A stretch of DNA of 64,000 bases from Octopus vulgaris. Taxonomy: Eukaryota. Positions within the stretch are counted from its first letter, which is position 1; every line of letters starts with the position of its first letter. Below, piece after piece: positions 52,136 through 61,230 of the stretch. The notes beneath the pieces are model-generated. The model searched no databases. It was not told the origin of the DNA and saw nothing but the letters and a program-made list of their open reading frames with translations. The stretch covers positions 42,842,001 to 42,906,000 of the forward strand of contig OX597824.1 of assembly GCA_951406725.2 (NCBI GenBank). Reading direction: 5' to 3'. Position numbers and translations under genes: made by a program.

Positions 52136-53039
52136 CTGCGTGTGTAATTGTCCCACACCACCTGATAACCGGTGTTAGTTTATTCACATTGCAGTAAGCA
52201 ACCCTTCAGGCGGTATCTTAGCATGGCCGCAATTCATTGACTAAAACAAGCTTACACAGATACATACATGTGTGTATGTGTTTGTTTGCGTGCCATTGTT
52301 TCTGTCCAGAATTACAGAATACACACATATGCGTGTGGCAAGGTATACCTGTATAAGAGTACCCGTGTGGACAGCAGATAAAATCACACATACCACAAGT
52401 GTATAAAAAAATTGGCGGAATCTGCTTTATGCACTGCATATAACCCTTCAAAACTTTTTTTATTTCTTGGAATTTTCAGAAAATTTGTGTGAATAAGTGT
52501 TCTACACACGGGAATTCATACGATTATGAAAAAAATTTTTTTTTTTAATGTTTCGAAATTTTAAACAAATATTTTTTTAAATGTTCCAAAAAATTTTTCT
52601 TAATGCTTCGAAATTTAAAACAAATTTTTTAAAAATATTAGTTTAAAATATGGACAGTCCGAGTTTTTGGCTTAAATCTCTGCAATAAACAAATGTGTTT
52701 ATGGGGAGAAAGTTATTGAAAAACATTAATACGTCGCCAAAAGATTAACACTCAACAGATTGTACGTCACTCGACGTGCTAGAAATAGCAGTTTTGATTT
52801 TACTAATTTGCTCCTTGCTATCTTCCAAAAATAAATGAAAGACATCTAAAATTACAACAGATAATGTAGTATTAGATACATGATACCGATAAAAAAAGAC
52901 GGGATGATCATGGCTAGAGACCCTTTGAGTATAGGTATGCTTAAAGGGCACGGGATTGGTGCTAAACAACAAAAACAAGAACGAATACGGGACATCGATA
53001 AATGTAATATAATTACTATATACATACCGTCTGCGACAT
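1733..53039 (-). CDS. CLSPN: Claspin homolog (replication checkpoint mediator); 25 predicted coding exons, ~1246 codons, 3' end unresolved
   Basis: Hand-spliced GT-AG exons join in compatible phases and give Claspin hallmarks in the expected order: N-terminal [29 protein letters not shown]...[22 protein letters not shown], Chk1-binding [23 protein letters not shown]...[41 protein letters not shown]. Confidence 0.93.
3822..3949 (-). CDS. CLSPN: Claspin exon 24 ([14 protein letters not shown]...[16 protein letters not shown])
   Basis: cag / gtgagt; WRxERxxRExWL motif. Confidence 0.93.
4228..4349 (-). CDS. CLSPN: Claspin exon 23 ([11 protein letters not shown]...[20 protein letters not shown])
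   Basis: Highly conserved Claspin C-terminal motif; tag / gtaaga. Confidence 0.95.
5549..5773. mobile_element. TTAA-flanked MITE (piggyBac-type ends)
   Basis: ttaa-CCCTTTTGATACC ... GGTAACAAAAGGG-ttaa; related copies at 37345-37575 and 43931-44158, partial near 3603 and 17820. Confidence 0.8.
5895..6024 (-). CDS. CLSPN: Claspin exon 22 (GSEYDSDE...[11 protein letters not shown])
   Basis: ctttcag / gtaagt; phase 1 to 2. Confidence 0.9.
6095..6655. repeat. Minisatellite, ~30-32-bp unit (acaagtggtgctgacatgtgggaatgtgcac), roughly 18 diverged copies
   Basis: Recurring caagtggtgctgacatg core; produces the His/Cys-rich ORFs in the track. Confidence 0.9.
7521..7787. repeat. Long palindrome: ~125-bp arms, 18-nt loop
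   Basis: 7521-7645 is the imperfect reverse complement of 7664-7787; the inner 33 bp pair perfectly. Confidence 0.92.
8165..8430 (-). mobile_element. 3' end of a HERO/NeSL-like RLE non-LTR retrotransposon
   Basis: [33 protein letters not shown] resembles the HERO C-terminal 'EAAE.ASRWLW' pattern (recalled, not searched), followed by a structured 3' UTR. Confidence 0.6.
8616..8659 (-). CDS. CLSPN: Claspin exon 21 ([15 protein letters not shown])
   Basis: attacag / gtgaga; conserved (F/Y)LEDEAExSG motif. Confidence 0.92.
9217..9640 (-). mobile_element. Internally deleted mariner relic
   Basis: TIR-like tatgagggggtacccaaaagtaac; minus-strand remnants [20 protein letters not shown] and C-terminal [13 protein letters not shown]. 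Confidence 0.75.
10101..10279 (-). CDS. CLSPN: Claspin exon 20 ([12 protein letters not shown]...[10 protein letters not shown])
   Basis: atttacag / gtatga; phase 0 to 2. Confidence 0.85.
12963..13368 (+). mobile_element. tRNA-type SINE family A (bipartite, central microsatellite)
   Basis: Head with B-box-like ggttcagtccc, (TA)n(TG)n linker, tail ...gactgaaacaagtaaa. Other copies at about 10740-11085(-), 38975-39848(+), 42105-42650(-), 43370-43720(-), 51037-51405(+), 51550-51900(-), 61511-61830(+). Confidence 0.85.
13713..14066 (-). mobile_element. tRNA-type SINE (head ggaggcgcaatggccca, family C) fused to a family-D tail
   Basis: Head/body shared with 43060-43350(+) and 12125-12417(-); distal part matches the tail of 60910-61230. 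Confidence 0.7.
14513..14636 (-). CDS. CLSPN: Claspin exon 19 ([10 protein letters not shown]...[16 protein letters not shown])
   Basis: ttcttcag / gtatgt; phase 2 to 0. Confidence 0.8.
15100..15567 (-). mobile_element. RTE-clade LINE fragment (RT C-terminal region)
   Basis: [35 protein letters not shown] and [10 protein letters not shown]...GRPRKAW. Confidence 0.85.
15845..15915 (+). ncRNA. Minimal type I hammerhead ribozyme-like motif
   Basis: TCCAG-A-CTGATGA-T-GAG(caatga)CTC-T-GAAA-CTAG-TC-C-CTGGA with an extended stem I (agcaagcca.../...tggctttgct). Confidence 0.6.
16133..16211 (-). CDS. CLSPN: Claspin exon 18 ([26 protein letters not shown])
   Basis: ccttag / gtaatc; phase 1 to 2 bridges the neighbouring exons. 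Confidence 0.72.
16820..16944 (-). CDS. CLSPN: Claspin exon 17 with Chk1-binding repeat (…[13 protein letters not shown])
   Basis: atttcag / gtatat; matches the ExxxLC(S/T)GxF consensus. Confidence 0.92.
17561..17778. mobile_element. Second MITE family (CCCTTTAGCATT ends), nested in a TTAA-MITE cluster
   Basis: taaCCCTTTAGCATT ... AATGTTAAAGGGttaa; sister copy about 17300-17523; partial copies near 3020-3248 and 49375-49495. Confidence 0.75.
17975..18120 (-). CDS. CLSPN: Claspin exon 16 ([17 protein letters not shown]...MLDEQG)
   Basis: tag / gttagt; ED(S/T)QDLY and LDxxG-FL motifs. Confidence 0.88.
20488..20525 (-). CDS. CLSPN: Claspin exon 15 ([13 protein letters not shown])
   Basis: ttcttcag / gtaagt; 38 nt; needed to bridge phase 1 to 0. 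Confidence 0.75.
20762..21040 (-). mobile_element. SINE with shared central domain and LINE-like 3' tail
   Basis: Near-identical to 2015-2310; contains cttgagcaagacactttatttcac as in family D. Confidence 0.65.
21298..21420 (-). CDS. CLSPN: Claspin exon 14 ([17 protein letters not shown]...KKPN)
   Basis: gttacag / gtaagt; phase 1 to 1; KKRK is NLS-like. Confidence 0.82.
23313..23505 (-). CDS. CLSPN: Claspin exon 13 ([14 protein letters not shown]...DQSDEDSD)
   Basis: poly-T tag / gtcagt; 193 nt, phase 0 to 1. Confidence 0.85.
25318..25589 (-). CDS. CLSPN: Claspin exon 12 ([11 protein letters not shown]...LYKLDNEE...KRKP)
   Basis: attgcag acceptor; resembles the Claspin PG-KL..LK..L...L(F/Y)KLDNE motif; donor gtgtgt is weak but phase-consistent. 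Confidence 0.88.
26503..27850. mobile_element. Degenerate Tc2/pogo-type non-autonomous element containing a ~160-bp direct duplication and an hAT-type MITE (27195-27293)
   Basis: Ends actgcatatactcaagtaatagtcga ... tcgacttttacttg are approximately inverted; duplicated blocks 26853-27009 and 27043-27205. Confidence 0.45.
27970..28362 (-). mobile_element. SINE family A, young copy
   Basis: Reverse complement of 12963-13368 with CpGs retained. Confidence 0.85.
28588..28703 (-). CDS. CLSPN: Claspin exon 11 (SIVEKECD...LDKP)
   Basis: ttttacag / gtattt; phase 2 to 1. Confidence 0.85.
28860..29430 (+). mobile_element. Highly decayed RTE-like LINE fragment
   Basis: Purine-rich stretch with remnants resembling 'WIGH' and 'RGRQRETW'. 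Confidence 0.4.
30072..31094 (-). CDS. CLSPN: Claspin exon 10, large 1023-nt acidic/low-complexity exon
   Basis: Inside the 408-aa ORF 30068-31294; tttgacag / gtaaat; ends ...[16 protein letters not shown]...LMQRLLK...EVNI; phase 2 to 2. Confidence 0.88.
33200..33323 (-). CDS. CLSPN: Claspin exon 9 ([22 protein letters not shown]...)
   Basis: attttag / gtaagt; continues the conserved LPYHxP motif; phase 1 to 2. Confidence 0.92.
33892..34508 (-). mobile_element. RTE-tail element with internal ~60-bp tandem hairpin units
   Basis: Ends tggacgttaaa(tga)n; shares ggttggcgttaggaagggcatccagctgtagaaa with many copies; tandem units at about 34050-34330. Confidence 0.8.
34763..35082. mobile_element. 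hAT-type MITE
   Basis: CAGGGGTTCTCAAAC ... GTTGAGAACCACTG; 8-bp flanks acctacca / atctagca (6 of 8 match); partial relative from 42916. Confidence 0.75.
35404..35637 (+). mobile_element. SINE family B (ggcaagctggcagaa...gagttcaaattccgccgaggtcgactttgcc)
   Basis: B-box-like gagttcaaattcc; other copies at about 896-1100, 1500-1710, 11893-12102(-), 37955-38165, 41780-41990, 54970-55175. Confidence 0.8.
36608..36993 (+). mobile_element. SINE family A copy
   Basis: Full head, (TG)n linker and tail. Confidence 0.85.
37103..37199 (-). CDS. CLSPN: Claspin exon 8 ([13 protein letters not shown]...[10 protein letters not shown])
   Basis: ttttacag / gtaagt; contains the conserved Claspin [11 protein letters not shown] motif. 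Confidence 0.92.
37345..37575. mobile_element. TTAA-flanked MITE
   Basis: ttaaCTCTTTTGTTACC ... GGTAACGAAAGGGttaa; inverted relative to 5549-5773. Confidence 0.82.
38205..38374 (-). CDS. CLSPN: Claspin exon 7 (VFSNSHEK...KLKAKLKK)
   Basis: cttgcag / gtatct; 170 nt, phase 1 to 0. Confidence 0.8.
39148..39612 (-). mobile_element. RTE-tail element with tandem hairpin units, inserted into a family-A SINE
   Basis: Same family as 33892-34508 and 53984-54440; host SINE halves at 38975-39147 and about 39620-39848. Confidence 0.8.
40691..41166. mobile_element. Foldback MITE with ~100-bp terminal inverted repeats
   Basis: ttttggaattttcagaaa...gtgttctacacac pairs with gtgtgtagaacac...tttctgaaaattccaaaa; partial relative at 52440-52730. 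Confidence 0.75.
41648..41690 (-). CDS. CLSPN: Claspin exon 6 ([14 protein letters not shown])
   Basis: ttttctag / gtgagt; 43 nt, phase 0 to 1. Confidence 0.72.
43931..44158. mobile_element. TTAA-flanked MITE
   Basis: ttaaCCCTTTCGTTAC ... GGTAACAAAAGGGttaa. Confidence 0.82.
44212..44312 (-). CDS. CLSPN: Claspin exon 5 ([13 protein letters not shown], poly-[11 protein letters not shown])
   Basis: ctctcacag / gttaga; 101 nt, phase 1 to 0. Confidence 0.72.
44667..45020 (-). mobile_element. piggyBac-like relic (3' end)
   Basis: Minus-strand [14 protein letters not shown] (44861-44902) resembles the piggyBac C-terminal Cys-rich domain; the end is GGG-TTAA at 44667. Confidence 0.55.
45795..45927 (-). 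CDS. CLSPN: Claspin exon 4 ([15 protein letters not shown]...LLPDIEY)
   Basis: ttcacttag / gtaaat; 133 nt, phase 0 to 1. Confidence 0.72.
46252..46601 (+). mobile_element. SINE family A copy with small internal deletion
   Basis: Similar to 12963-13368. Confidence 0.85.
47210..47256 (-). CDS. CLSPN: Claspin exon 3 ([16 protein letters not shown])
   Basis: tttgtag / gtaaat; 47 nt, phase 1 to 0. Confidence 0.75.
48900..49215 (-). mobile_element. Ty3/gypsy-like gag relic
   Basis: [13 protein letters not shown]...KTSLF...CLN...[20 protein letters not shown], then frameshifted FKCLIFAQ*...[11 protein letters not shown]. Confidence 0.7.
49925..50030 (-). CDS. CLSPN: Claspin exon 2 ([35 protein letters not shown])
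   Basis: poly-T...cag acceptor, gtac donor; 106 nt, phase 0 to 1; carries the DSG motif. Confidence 0.8.
53028..53039 (-). CDS. CLSPN: Claspin exon 1, coding part (MSQT)
   Basis: gaaATGTCGCAGACG|gtatgt; phase 0 joins exon 2; lies in a CpG-retaining patch just below the E2F motif. Confidence 0.65.
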
Positions 53040-53168
53040 TTCGCTGTCCATCATCACTGGGCTACAATCAGGTGTCAAAAATTATGTACACATCTGTGTT
53101 GTACAATGTAAATATTAACGAAACATCAAGACATTAATAAACTATACGAAAAATAAAACTGTTTGGTA

Positions 53169-53195
53169 TTTCCCGCTAAATTTCAAGCATGCGCA
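53169..53195. promoter_or_regulatory. Putative Claspin proximal promoter: E2F site + CHR-like element + NRF1-like motif
   Basis: TTTCCCGC (53169-53176), 4-nt spacer, TTTCAA (53181-53186), GCATGCGCA (53187-53195); 130-155 bp upstream of the ATG. Confidence 0.7.
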
Positions 53196-53983
53196 CTGGA
53201 GTCCAGCGAGGTCGATTTCTCTTGTAAGCGCTCACTGCTCTCACTTGCTTTCTTTTCTCTGTCTTCCTCTAGTTTTATCTTACTCTCTCTGCCCTTAATT
53301 TACTCTCTCTCTCTCTCTCTCTCTCACTCCCTTTTACTCTCTCTCTTTATATCTTTTCCTCTCTCTCTCTCTTTGACATGCAAGCACATTAAAATCTAAG
53401 TCGTTTCTTTCTCTCTCTTCCCTTCTCTCTCTTCCTCTCTTTCTCTCTCTCTATCTGTGTAGAAAGGTGAATTAGGGAATAATATAAATGAGATTTGCAT
53501 TACTTTTGACTCGCTCTCATATATATATATATATGAACACACATACATAGACAGATCGATATGTACATATCTTTGTATTTATTTCCCTCTCTTTATATTA
53601 AACATACATATACGTAATATAGTATCAGTGCTTATTTTCTTTACTTTTTCTGTTTGTTATTCTTTGTTATTTTCCTATTTTTCCTAATCCATCAGTAATC
53701 TGTTAGACTGTTTTTTATCCTCTTCAGTATCTCCCCCCTCTCTCTCTCTCTGCATTATCCTGTTTTTATTACCAACTCAACATCCTCATCCTCATCATCA
53801 TCATCATCTCTTCCTAATACTCTCTTTTGTTTCTAATATCTCTCTTCTTTTTTTTTTTGGCATGGGTGTGTAAGAAGCTTGCTTCCCAACCACATGGTTC
53901 CAGGTTCAGTTCCACTGCATAGCATTTTGCGCAAATGTCCTGTGAGTGTATTTGGCTGAGGGAAACTGAAAGAAGCCTGTTGT

Positions 53984-54440
53984 CATCATCATCATCGTCA
54001 TCGTTTAACGTCCGTTCTCCATGCTAGCATGGGTTGGACGGTTCGACTGGGGATCTGGGAAGCCAGAAGGCTGCACCAGGCTCCAGTCTTATCTGGCAAT
54101 GTTTCTACAGCTGGATGCCCTTCCTAATGCCAACCACTCCATGAGTGTAGTGGGTGCTTTTTACGTGCCACCTGCACAGGTGCCAGGCGAGGCTGGCATC
54201 GGCCACGGTCGGATTGGTGCATTTTATGTGCCACTGGCACGGAAGCCAGTCGAGGCGGCACTGGCTTCGGCCACGATTCGGATGGTGCTTTTTACGTGCC
54301 ACCGGCACAGAAGCCAGTCGAGGCGGCGCTGGCATCAGCCACGATTCAGATAGTGCTTTTTACGTACCACCAGTCCAGAGGTCCTGGCATCTGCCGGGTG
54401 CCAGTCATAGGATTGGTTCAATTTCGATTCCGATTTTGAT
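53984..54440 (-). mobile_element. RTE-tail element with tandem hairpin units
   Basis: Young copy directly after a family-A SINE head (53860-53983). Confidence 0.8.
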
Positions 54441-55231
54441 ATATATACACAAGGGTACTACATGAGTACCTATATTGCTAATGATGGAAGTCAAAAAAAT
54501 ACTTCTGTACTACCGAATAGTCACAAATCCATTACAGACGAGATAGGAAAAAATATCAGTGAACAATAATAATGTCTTACCTCAAATGGGTCAGAACAAG
54601 TAAATGCTGGTCAACCTGTGTATATATGTACATATCTAATATTGTATGTATATATTTTATTAATTTGCCTGTATGGCTGATAATTCGCTTCCCACTTGTG
54701 ATGGTATTTTAATAATACCATCCCTATATTTATTTATATTTATATATATTAATATATATGTGTGTGTGTGTGTTGACCACTGCTTGACACCACTGTTGGT
54801 GTGTTCCCATCTCTCCAGCTTAGTGGTTTGGCAAAAGGAATCAATAGAATAAATACCTGACTTAAGATAAATAAGTAATGGGGACATTTTATTCAACTAA
54901 AAATACTTCATGCCACAGCATAATCACACTCTAACAGTCTAATGATTGAAACAAGCAAAAGATAAATAAGGCAACAAGCTAGCAGCATCGTTAGCATGCC
55001 AGGCAAAATGTTTAGCAGCATTTCATCCATCCTTATGTTCTGAATTCAAATCCCACTGCCTTTCATCTTTTTAGGGTGAATACAATAAGGACCAGTTGAG
55101 CACTGAGGGTTGGTCTAATCAACTCACCTGCTTCCCCAAGATTATGGGCCTTGTGCCAAAATATGAAACCAATGTTATCTCTCTATAACAAAGCTCCTCC
55201 TGTTGCCAACAATTAAGGATGGTAATATTTC

Positions 55232-56102
55232 TTGGTAGTGAGACATGTTTTCAAGGAATATTGGAAATTATTGAAATTCATTTGCAAAAATCATGCAATG
55301 TCAATTGGTCATTCCCCTATTCATCGACACCTATGTGCTATCAGAAAAGTCAGCAAATTGGGTCGATGGATTCTTCACAAACTTACCATATCTAATTACA
55401 TGCAGAATGTGAATGTATGCTCTTCTTTGCTGTCATGTCTCACGAAAGAACCTGTTTTGGACTGAATAGTGACTGGTGATGAGAAATAGATTCTCTATAA
55501 AAATGTCAAGCACCGAAGGCAGTGATTTGGGAAAGAAGAAACACCAGCACCCCAGGCTAAAGAAGGTCTTCACCCACATCAGTTGTTATATGTTTGGTGG
55601 GATATGAAAGGTTTAGTCCACTTTGAACTTTTAAACTCAAACCAAATAATAACAAAGGCAATCTACTGCTAGCAGCTTGAGTGGCTTAAGTCAGCACTTG
55701 AAGAAAAATAGCTATCTTTGGTTTCAAGACGAAAGGTGTTCTTCCATCAGTATAATGCTCAGCCACATACAGTAGAGATGACATTCCAAAGGCTAGAGCA
55801 GTGTGAATGGGGAACGATGCCCCACCCACCATATTTTCTAGACATTGCCCCATCTGATTATCATTTATTCCAAAGTCTACAAAATCATTTGGACATAAAA
55901 AATATGAATTTTGTAGATGAGGTCAGAACAGTACTGAAGGAGAACTTTTCATCATAGACAAGTGATTTTGGAAGAGGGACCTAGCAAGTCTACCAGAGAG
56001 ATGGAAGAGTATATTTTAGATTAAAAAAGAACTTAGTGTATCTTAATTTTGAAAAATATGAGAAGTATAAAAAAAACACATTATTTATGGGATGACCCAA
56101 TA
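55232..56102 (+). mobile_element. Defective mariner transposase (pseudogene) with 3' TIR
   Basis: KLGRWILHKL, IVTGDEK, VWWDMKG, HQYNAQPH, HPPYFLDIAPSDYHLF with several stops; ends cattatttatgggatgacccaata. Confidence 0.92.
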
Positions 56103-56109
56103 TATATAC

Positions 56110-56145
<36 letters not shown>

Positions 56146-56146
56146 T

Positions 56147-56178
<32 letters not shown>

Positions 56179-57382
56179 CACACATACACACCACATGCAG
56201 TTCACTTTGAATTTAACTAATTTCTGGATCACCATGAAAACGTATTAACATGCATTTTTAGAAAAATTAATTTCAATATTTTAATATACTGATTCAGCAA
56301 AAACAATTGTCACCTTTGTAAGGTGAATTCTACAATTAAAGCTGTGATTTTCTCTATATGCATATTTTTGTTTTGTGTGTGTGTGTATCACTAACTTGTA
56401 TAAACTATGGAGTTTATACCAACACCTTTTCTACATATCAAGCAGGGCTATTTACTGGAAGGGATCAGTAATGTTGTCTGTTTTCCTACTAACTTTGGTC
56501 ATTGTTAAATTAACTCTAAAGCCCTTTGATTCCAGACCTTGCAACTACACTTGAAATTTCTTCTCTAAAAACAAGCTCATCTAGGTAGAAGTGCACCCAA
56601 GGCAGCAAGTTCTTGACAGCATTCAAGCTGAGACATGAATGCTGAAATCTTGTTCAGAGTAAAAGCAGAATAGATGTTTGCTTCCTTCAATAAAAAAATG
56701 TGTTCAAAGCACAACTGAACAAAACCCTGTTGATCATTCACTTTTAATAATACAGCCCTACTTATATTTTTATATGCAAGTTAGATGAAAGCTACTGTGA
56801 AAAAGAAGGAATAGTGACTAGGTATGACGCAAAGGGCCAGGACAAGATCCATGCTAGAAAAATCATTGTGGGTATATCTGAAATGAGAGTATTTGAAAAC
56901 AGAATGGAGTGAATGATGTAACAGCAGAATACAGAAAATACAAGATTCACTGGGCGAGACATGTTGCAAGGTTTATAGATAACAGGTGGATCTGCACAGT
57001 TGTTGAGTGGCATCTGAAAGACCCAAAGAAACAACTTAGAGGATGTCTGAAATGATAAGAAGAAGACACAGTCAAACAATTCAGGCTTCAATAGAAGAGA
57101 AGGCAAAATCAAATGAAAATAGAAATGCAGTGTAACAAGAGCTGTATAGGCACAGCTGACAGTCTGGTCAAAAGCAAAACTAGTTTTATCTTTATCAAAT
57201 TGTCTCAGAATAACATACTTTGTAGGGGAGTAAATACATCAACCATAGTCCTTGATACTTCATTTTACCAACTCCACAACAATGAAAAGTAAAGCTGATC
57301 TCTGAAATTAGAACAATAAATGTCTAACATTGTTACAAGGCCACACATTTTCTAGTAGTAGTAGTAGTAGCAGCAGCAGCTG

Positions 57383-57414
<32 letters not shown>

Positions 57415-57819
57415 GGTATTAATGAACCACAGTCTTTCTCTGGCATTTCATTTTATCAACTCCAAAAAGATGATTAAAAAAGAAGTTCATCTTTGTTGGA
57501 TTCAAATTCAGACCATAAATTCAAATGGGGAGACTCTTAGCAGAAGGTCAGAAGATGGAGTTTTTTATATTTCTCTGCATAGTAATCTCCATCCACACCT
57601 TTATTAATTCTGATCATGCTTCTATCATATTTTATAGCCTCCTTGCAAACACCACAGAATTACCTCTTCTTTGAATGACATTATTTCCATCTTGTCTGGA
57701 CGCTTGTTCAGTTTTGTGATTTTTATTGGCTTCGATCAATTTGACTGGAAATCAATACTGCAAAATACCCGAAATAGTTATGAGAAATAACTGAGTTATT
57801 TATTTATATTTTAATCTTC

Positions 57820-58196
57820 GACTTGTTTCAATCATTAGACTGTGGCCATGCTGGGGCACCACCTTGAAGAATATTTAGTGAATCGACCCCAGTACTTATT
57901 TGAAAGCCTGGTACTTATTCTATCGATCTTTTTTGATGAATCGCTAAATCACTGGGACGTTAACATACCAACAACGGTTGTCAAGCGGTAGTGGGGGACA
58001 AACACAGACATAAAGACATGCGCACACGTCCACGCTCCCCCACCCCCCGCACACACACGTCAACCAAATCCACTCGCGAGGCGGCTCTGGTCGGCCCAAA
58101 GCTACAGCAGAAGACACTTGCCCAAGGTGCTACGCAGTAGGAGAGAACCTGGAACAATGTGATTGGGAAGCAAGCTTCTTACCACACAGCCAGGCC
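57820..58196 (-). mobile_element. SINE family A copy (upstream region)
   Basis: Reverse-complement match to family A. Confidence 0.8.
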
Positions 58197-58527
58197 TATA
58201 TATTTCCTCGTGTTCAGAATTGTCGAATGGTTAGCCTTCAGAACACTGCGTCCTTCAAAAATTCTATTCATCTCGAAACTCGCAAACAATACTCTTGGCA
58301 TACACATGAACCCTTTTCGTTTTATTGGCTCTTTTATTGGTTACTTTGTCCATTTACGTATCATTACGCTCTTTCTTTACTTGCTACTTTCTGTCCCAGC
58401 CTTTTCACTTTCCCAACAGGTTGTAGTGCGCTTGAGCACTGTATGTAATAAGTTCATTATTATTAGGAATTTTCGATTGATATTACTTCGGCTTACAACT
58501 ACGTTAAGATTGATGTTGTTGAGCAAC

Positions 58528-58584
<57 letters not shown>

Positions 58585-59329
58585 CATTGTGTATAGTGCT
58601 CAGGTGCACTACAACTCATCTAAAGTGTATGTATAGTACTTAGGGTAATGTACAAGCGTCAGGAAAAGAACAGTGCATGAGTCATGACATACACATATGT
58701 GTATGAGTATGGAAGGGGGACAATCAGGTGTAGTTTCGGCGGATTTCGGAAAGCATGAGGGCCTTAAAGGATGCAGTGTCATGGCAGTCAACAACTGACG
58801 CAGGCAGTTTGTTCCATGCTTCAGCAACTCTGAGCGTGAAAAAATGTTTCCGAAAGTCATGGGAGCTGTGCTGTTTTCTGACTTTGTAGGCATGTCCACG
58901 TGTGTTGGACACATGGAGATCAAAAAGGTGTTCAGTGTTGTTGTTGGTGAGGTGGCTGTTAACTTTGTGGGTGTTTACCAAGTCCATCGCCAGACGCCGG
59001 AGCTTCATTGAATCCATGCCCAGGGAAACAAGGCGCTCAGAGTATGGTAGGTGTCTGATGGAGGGTATGCGTTTGGTTGCACGTCTCTGAATAGATTCCA
59101 GGAGGTCAATGTTCTGAGCAAGATAGGGGTTCCAAACAGATGATGCGAATTCCAAGTGTGGTCGTACCATAGCTGTATACAGCTTTAAATAGATGGCTGG
59201 AGAGCGGCTAACAAAAGTTTTGCTGAGTGATGCCAAGAAACCCCCGGCCTTCTTGACAATTTTAGAGATATGCTTTGTCCAACGCAAATCACTGCTGACA
59301 ATGATGCCTTGGTCACGCTTTACGATCAA
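58528..59329 (-). mobile_element. 5'-truncated CR1-type LINE (RT C-terminus, 3' UTR, (TTA)n tail)
   Basis: 201-aa ORF with LYTAMVRPHLEFASSVWNPY, IQRRATKRI, TRGH, FFTLRVAEAWNKLP; microsatellite tail at 58528-58581. Confidence 0.93.
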
Positions 59330-60909
59330 AGGTGTTCCATAATATATTTTCAGGTATAGTATATTCCGGACTTTACTAGCCTTTGGTATCTGCTTTAAAA
59401 CCTATCAGTGTGATTTTGGCTATTTCTAACAATCTAGTAACTTCATTGACTCGCACAGAAATTAACCGTGACAAAGGGAAACTACTCTTAAAAGACAAAG
59501 TATTCAAGGGAAGTAAATTGACTAAATTCGTAAATATTTTAATTCCCTTACAAACTGAAAATTAGATGCTCTTGTAATCATATATATGCCAAGATTATAC
59601 ATACACAAAAGTATACACGTGACCGCGCACACACGTATGTTGACACAGTCATAGTATGAAATAATGTAAAAATGGTAAATACACGATGCGAGATTGTCAA
59701 TCAACCCAGTCTTTTTATCTACCAGCGCGCGGGTGTGTGTGTGTGTGTGTGCGTGTGTGCTTGTATGAGTATGTGATAGAGATAGAGAGGGAGAGATAGC
59801 GAGTCTATGTGTGATTGTAGACTACGAAACAGAAGAATGACAAAAGAAGATTCACGAACCAAAGTAAGCGCTGGTATTTTTTGTATTTTACTTTGTGTCA
59901 TCGATGTATGCCACCGTAAGATTTAATAAACATTAGATATTAATAGTTTCGTTGCTATAAAATTTAAGGCAAAAGTACATTTAAATATTTTTCTCATAAA
60001 CTGTTTTATTGGTTTCCTTGTGTGATCCAATTTAACTGAGTTATCTACCCTGAAAATGTAGGGTAGATAATCCAGTAAATACGTAAAAAAGGCGTTTAGC
60101 TATGCAAAGATTCAATTTATTTCGCTGAAAGATCAGCTATGTACTGTTGTGATACGATATATGTTGTTCTGTTGTCGTAGGTTGTCTTGAGCTATATTCT
60201 GATATATTGTACGTTATTTTGCCGTATATTATTTTGTGTGCTGCGCTGTAGTTTCTGTAACGTTGCTGTTATGTTGTGTTGCGTAATGATGCGGTGTCAG
60301 AACAGGTGCCAAGATATTCGGCGAGCTGGGCCAGTCCTACAAAATGCACACTTTTTCTCGCCCCTACAATCTGCATCCTCTTATCCTTGCCCTTACAATG
60401 AGCATCTTTTTTACCCACCCTTACAATGTGATCCCTCTTCTCCCACCACCTACAATATATGCTCCTCCTCCTCCACCCTACCTTTCCTTATCCTTACAAG
60501 CTGCTCCCTCTTTTTCAAGCCTTAGAATGTGCATCCACTTTAACAATTTTATTCTATAAATTCTACCAGTCACCACTCTTACAAGAGCTTCAAAGCGCAG
60601 AAAAAAAAATTACAATTAACTTCAACACAAGAAATCTGTAGTATTATTATCATGAATATCACTGAATAAATCTGTTTTCTGACAAAATTTGAAAATGTCC
60701 TGCGACCGAATCATGCGATAAGTCATAACACTACACGACCTATTATGTTTCTCACCCATCTTGTCCTCTCTTCTCGAGTGTTGGAGTGACCTCCCTTGCT
60801 CCCTATATTGCTGAGCTTTCGTACCATTTTAGTTGGAATAAGCTATCTTGTTGAAGTTGTTAAGATTTGCAGCTCTGTCCTTTACTGTACAGTATATAGA
60901 ATGTGAAAG

Positions 60910-61230
60910 AGCGTGCCTTAGTGGCTAGGGTATTCAGTTTACGCTCGTAAGGTCGTGAGTTCGATTCCCGGTGACGCGTTGTGTCCTTGGGCAAAACACT
61001 TTAGTTCACGTTGCTTCAGTCTACTCAGCTCGCAGAAATGAGTTGTACCTGTAATTTCACAGGGCTGGCCTCGTCACATTCTGTAACATACTGAATCTCT
61101 CTGAGAACTAAGTTAAGAATACATGTGTCTGTGGAGTGCTCAACCACATGAACGTTAATTTCACGAGCAGACTATTCCGTTGATCGGATCAACTGGAATC
61201 CTCGCCGTCGCAACCGACGGAGTGCCAGTT
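60910..61230 (+). mobile_element. tRNA-type SINE family D
   Basis: tagtggctagg A-box-like and gagttcgattccc B-box; other copies at about 12460-12770, 29630-29945, 23950-24190(-). Confidence 0.8.

Noticed and set aside
56520-57112. Exon-like plus-strand segments and a 106-aa minus-strand ORF
   Set aside because: No recognisable homology and no phase-consistent exon chain.
60910-60975. tRNA-like sequences here and at 43060 and 14000-14066
   Set aside because: They are SINE heads with A/B-box-like motifs that run into repeat bodies; no complete cloverleaf.
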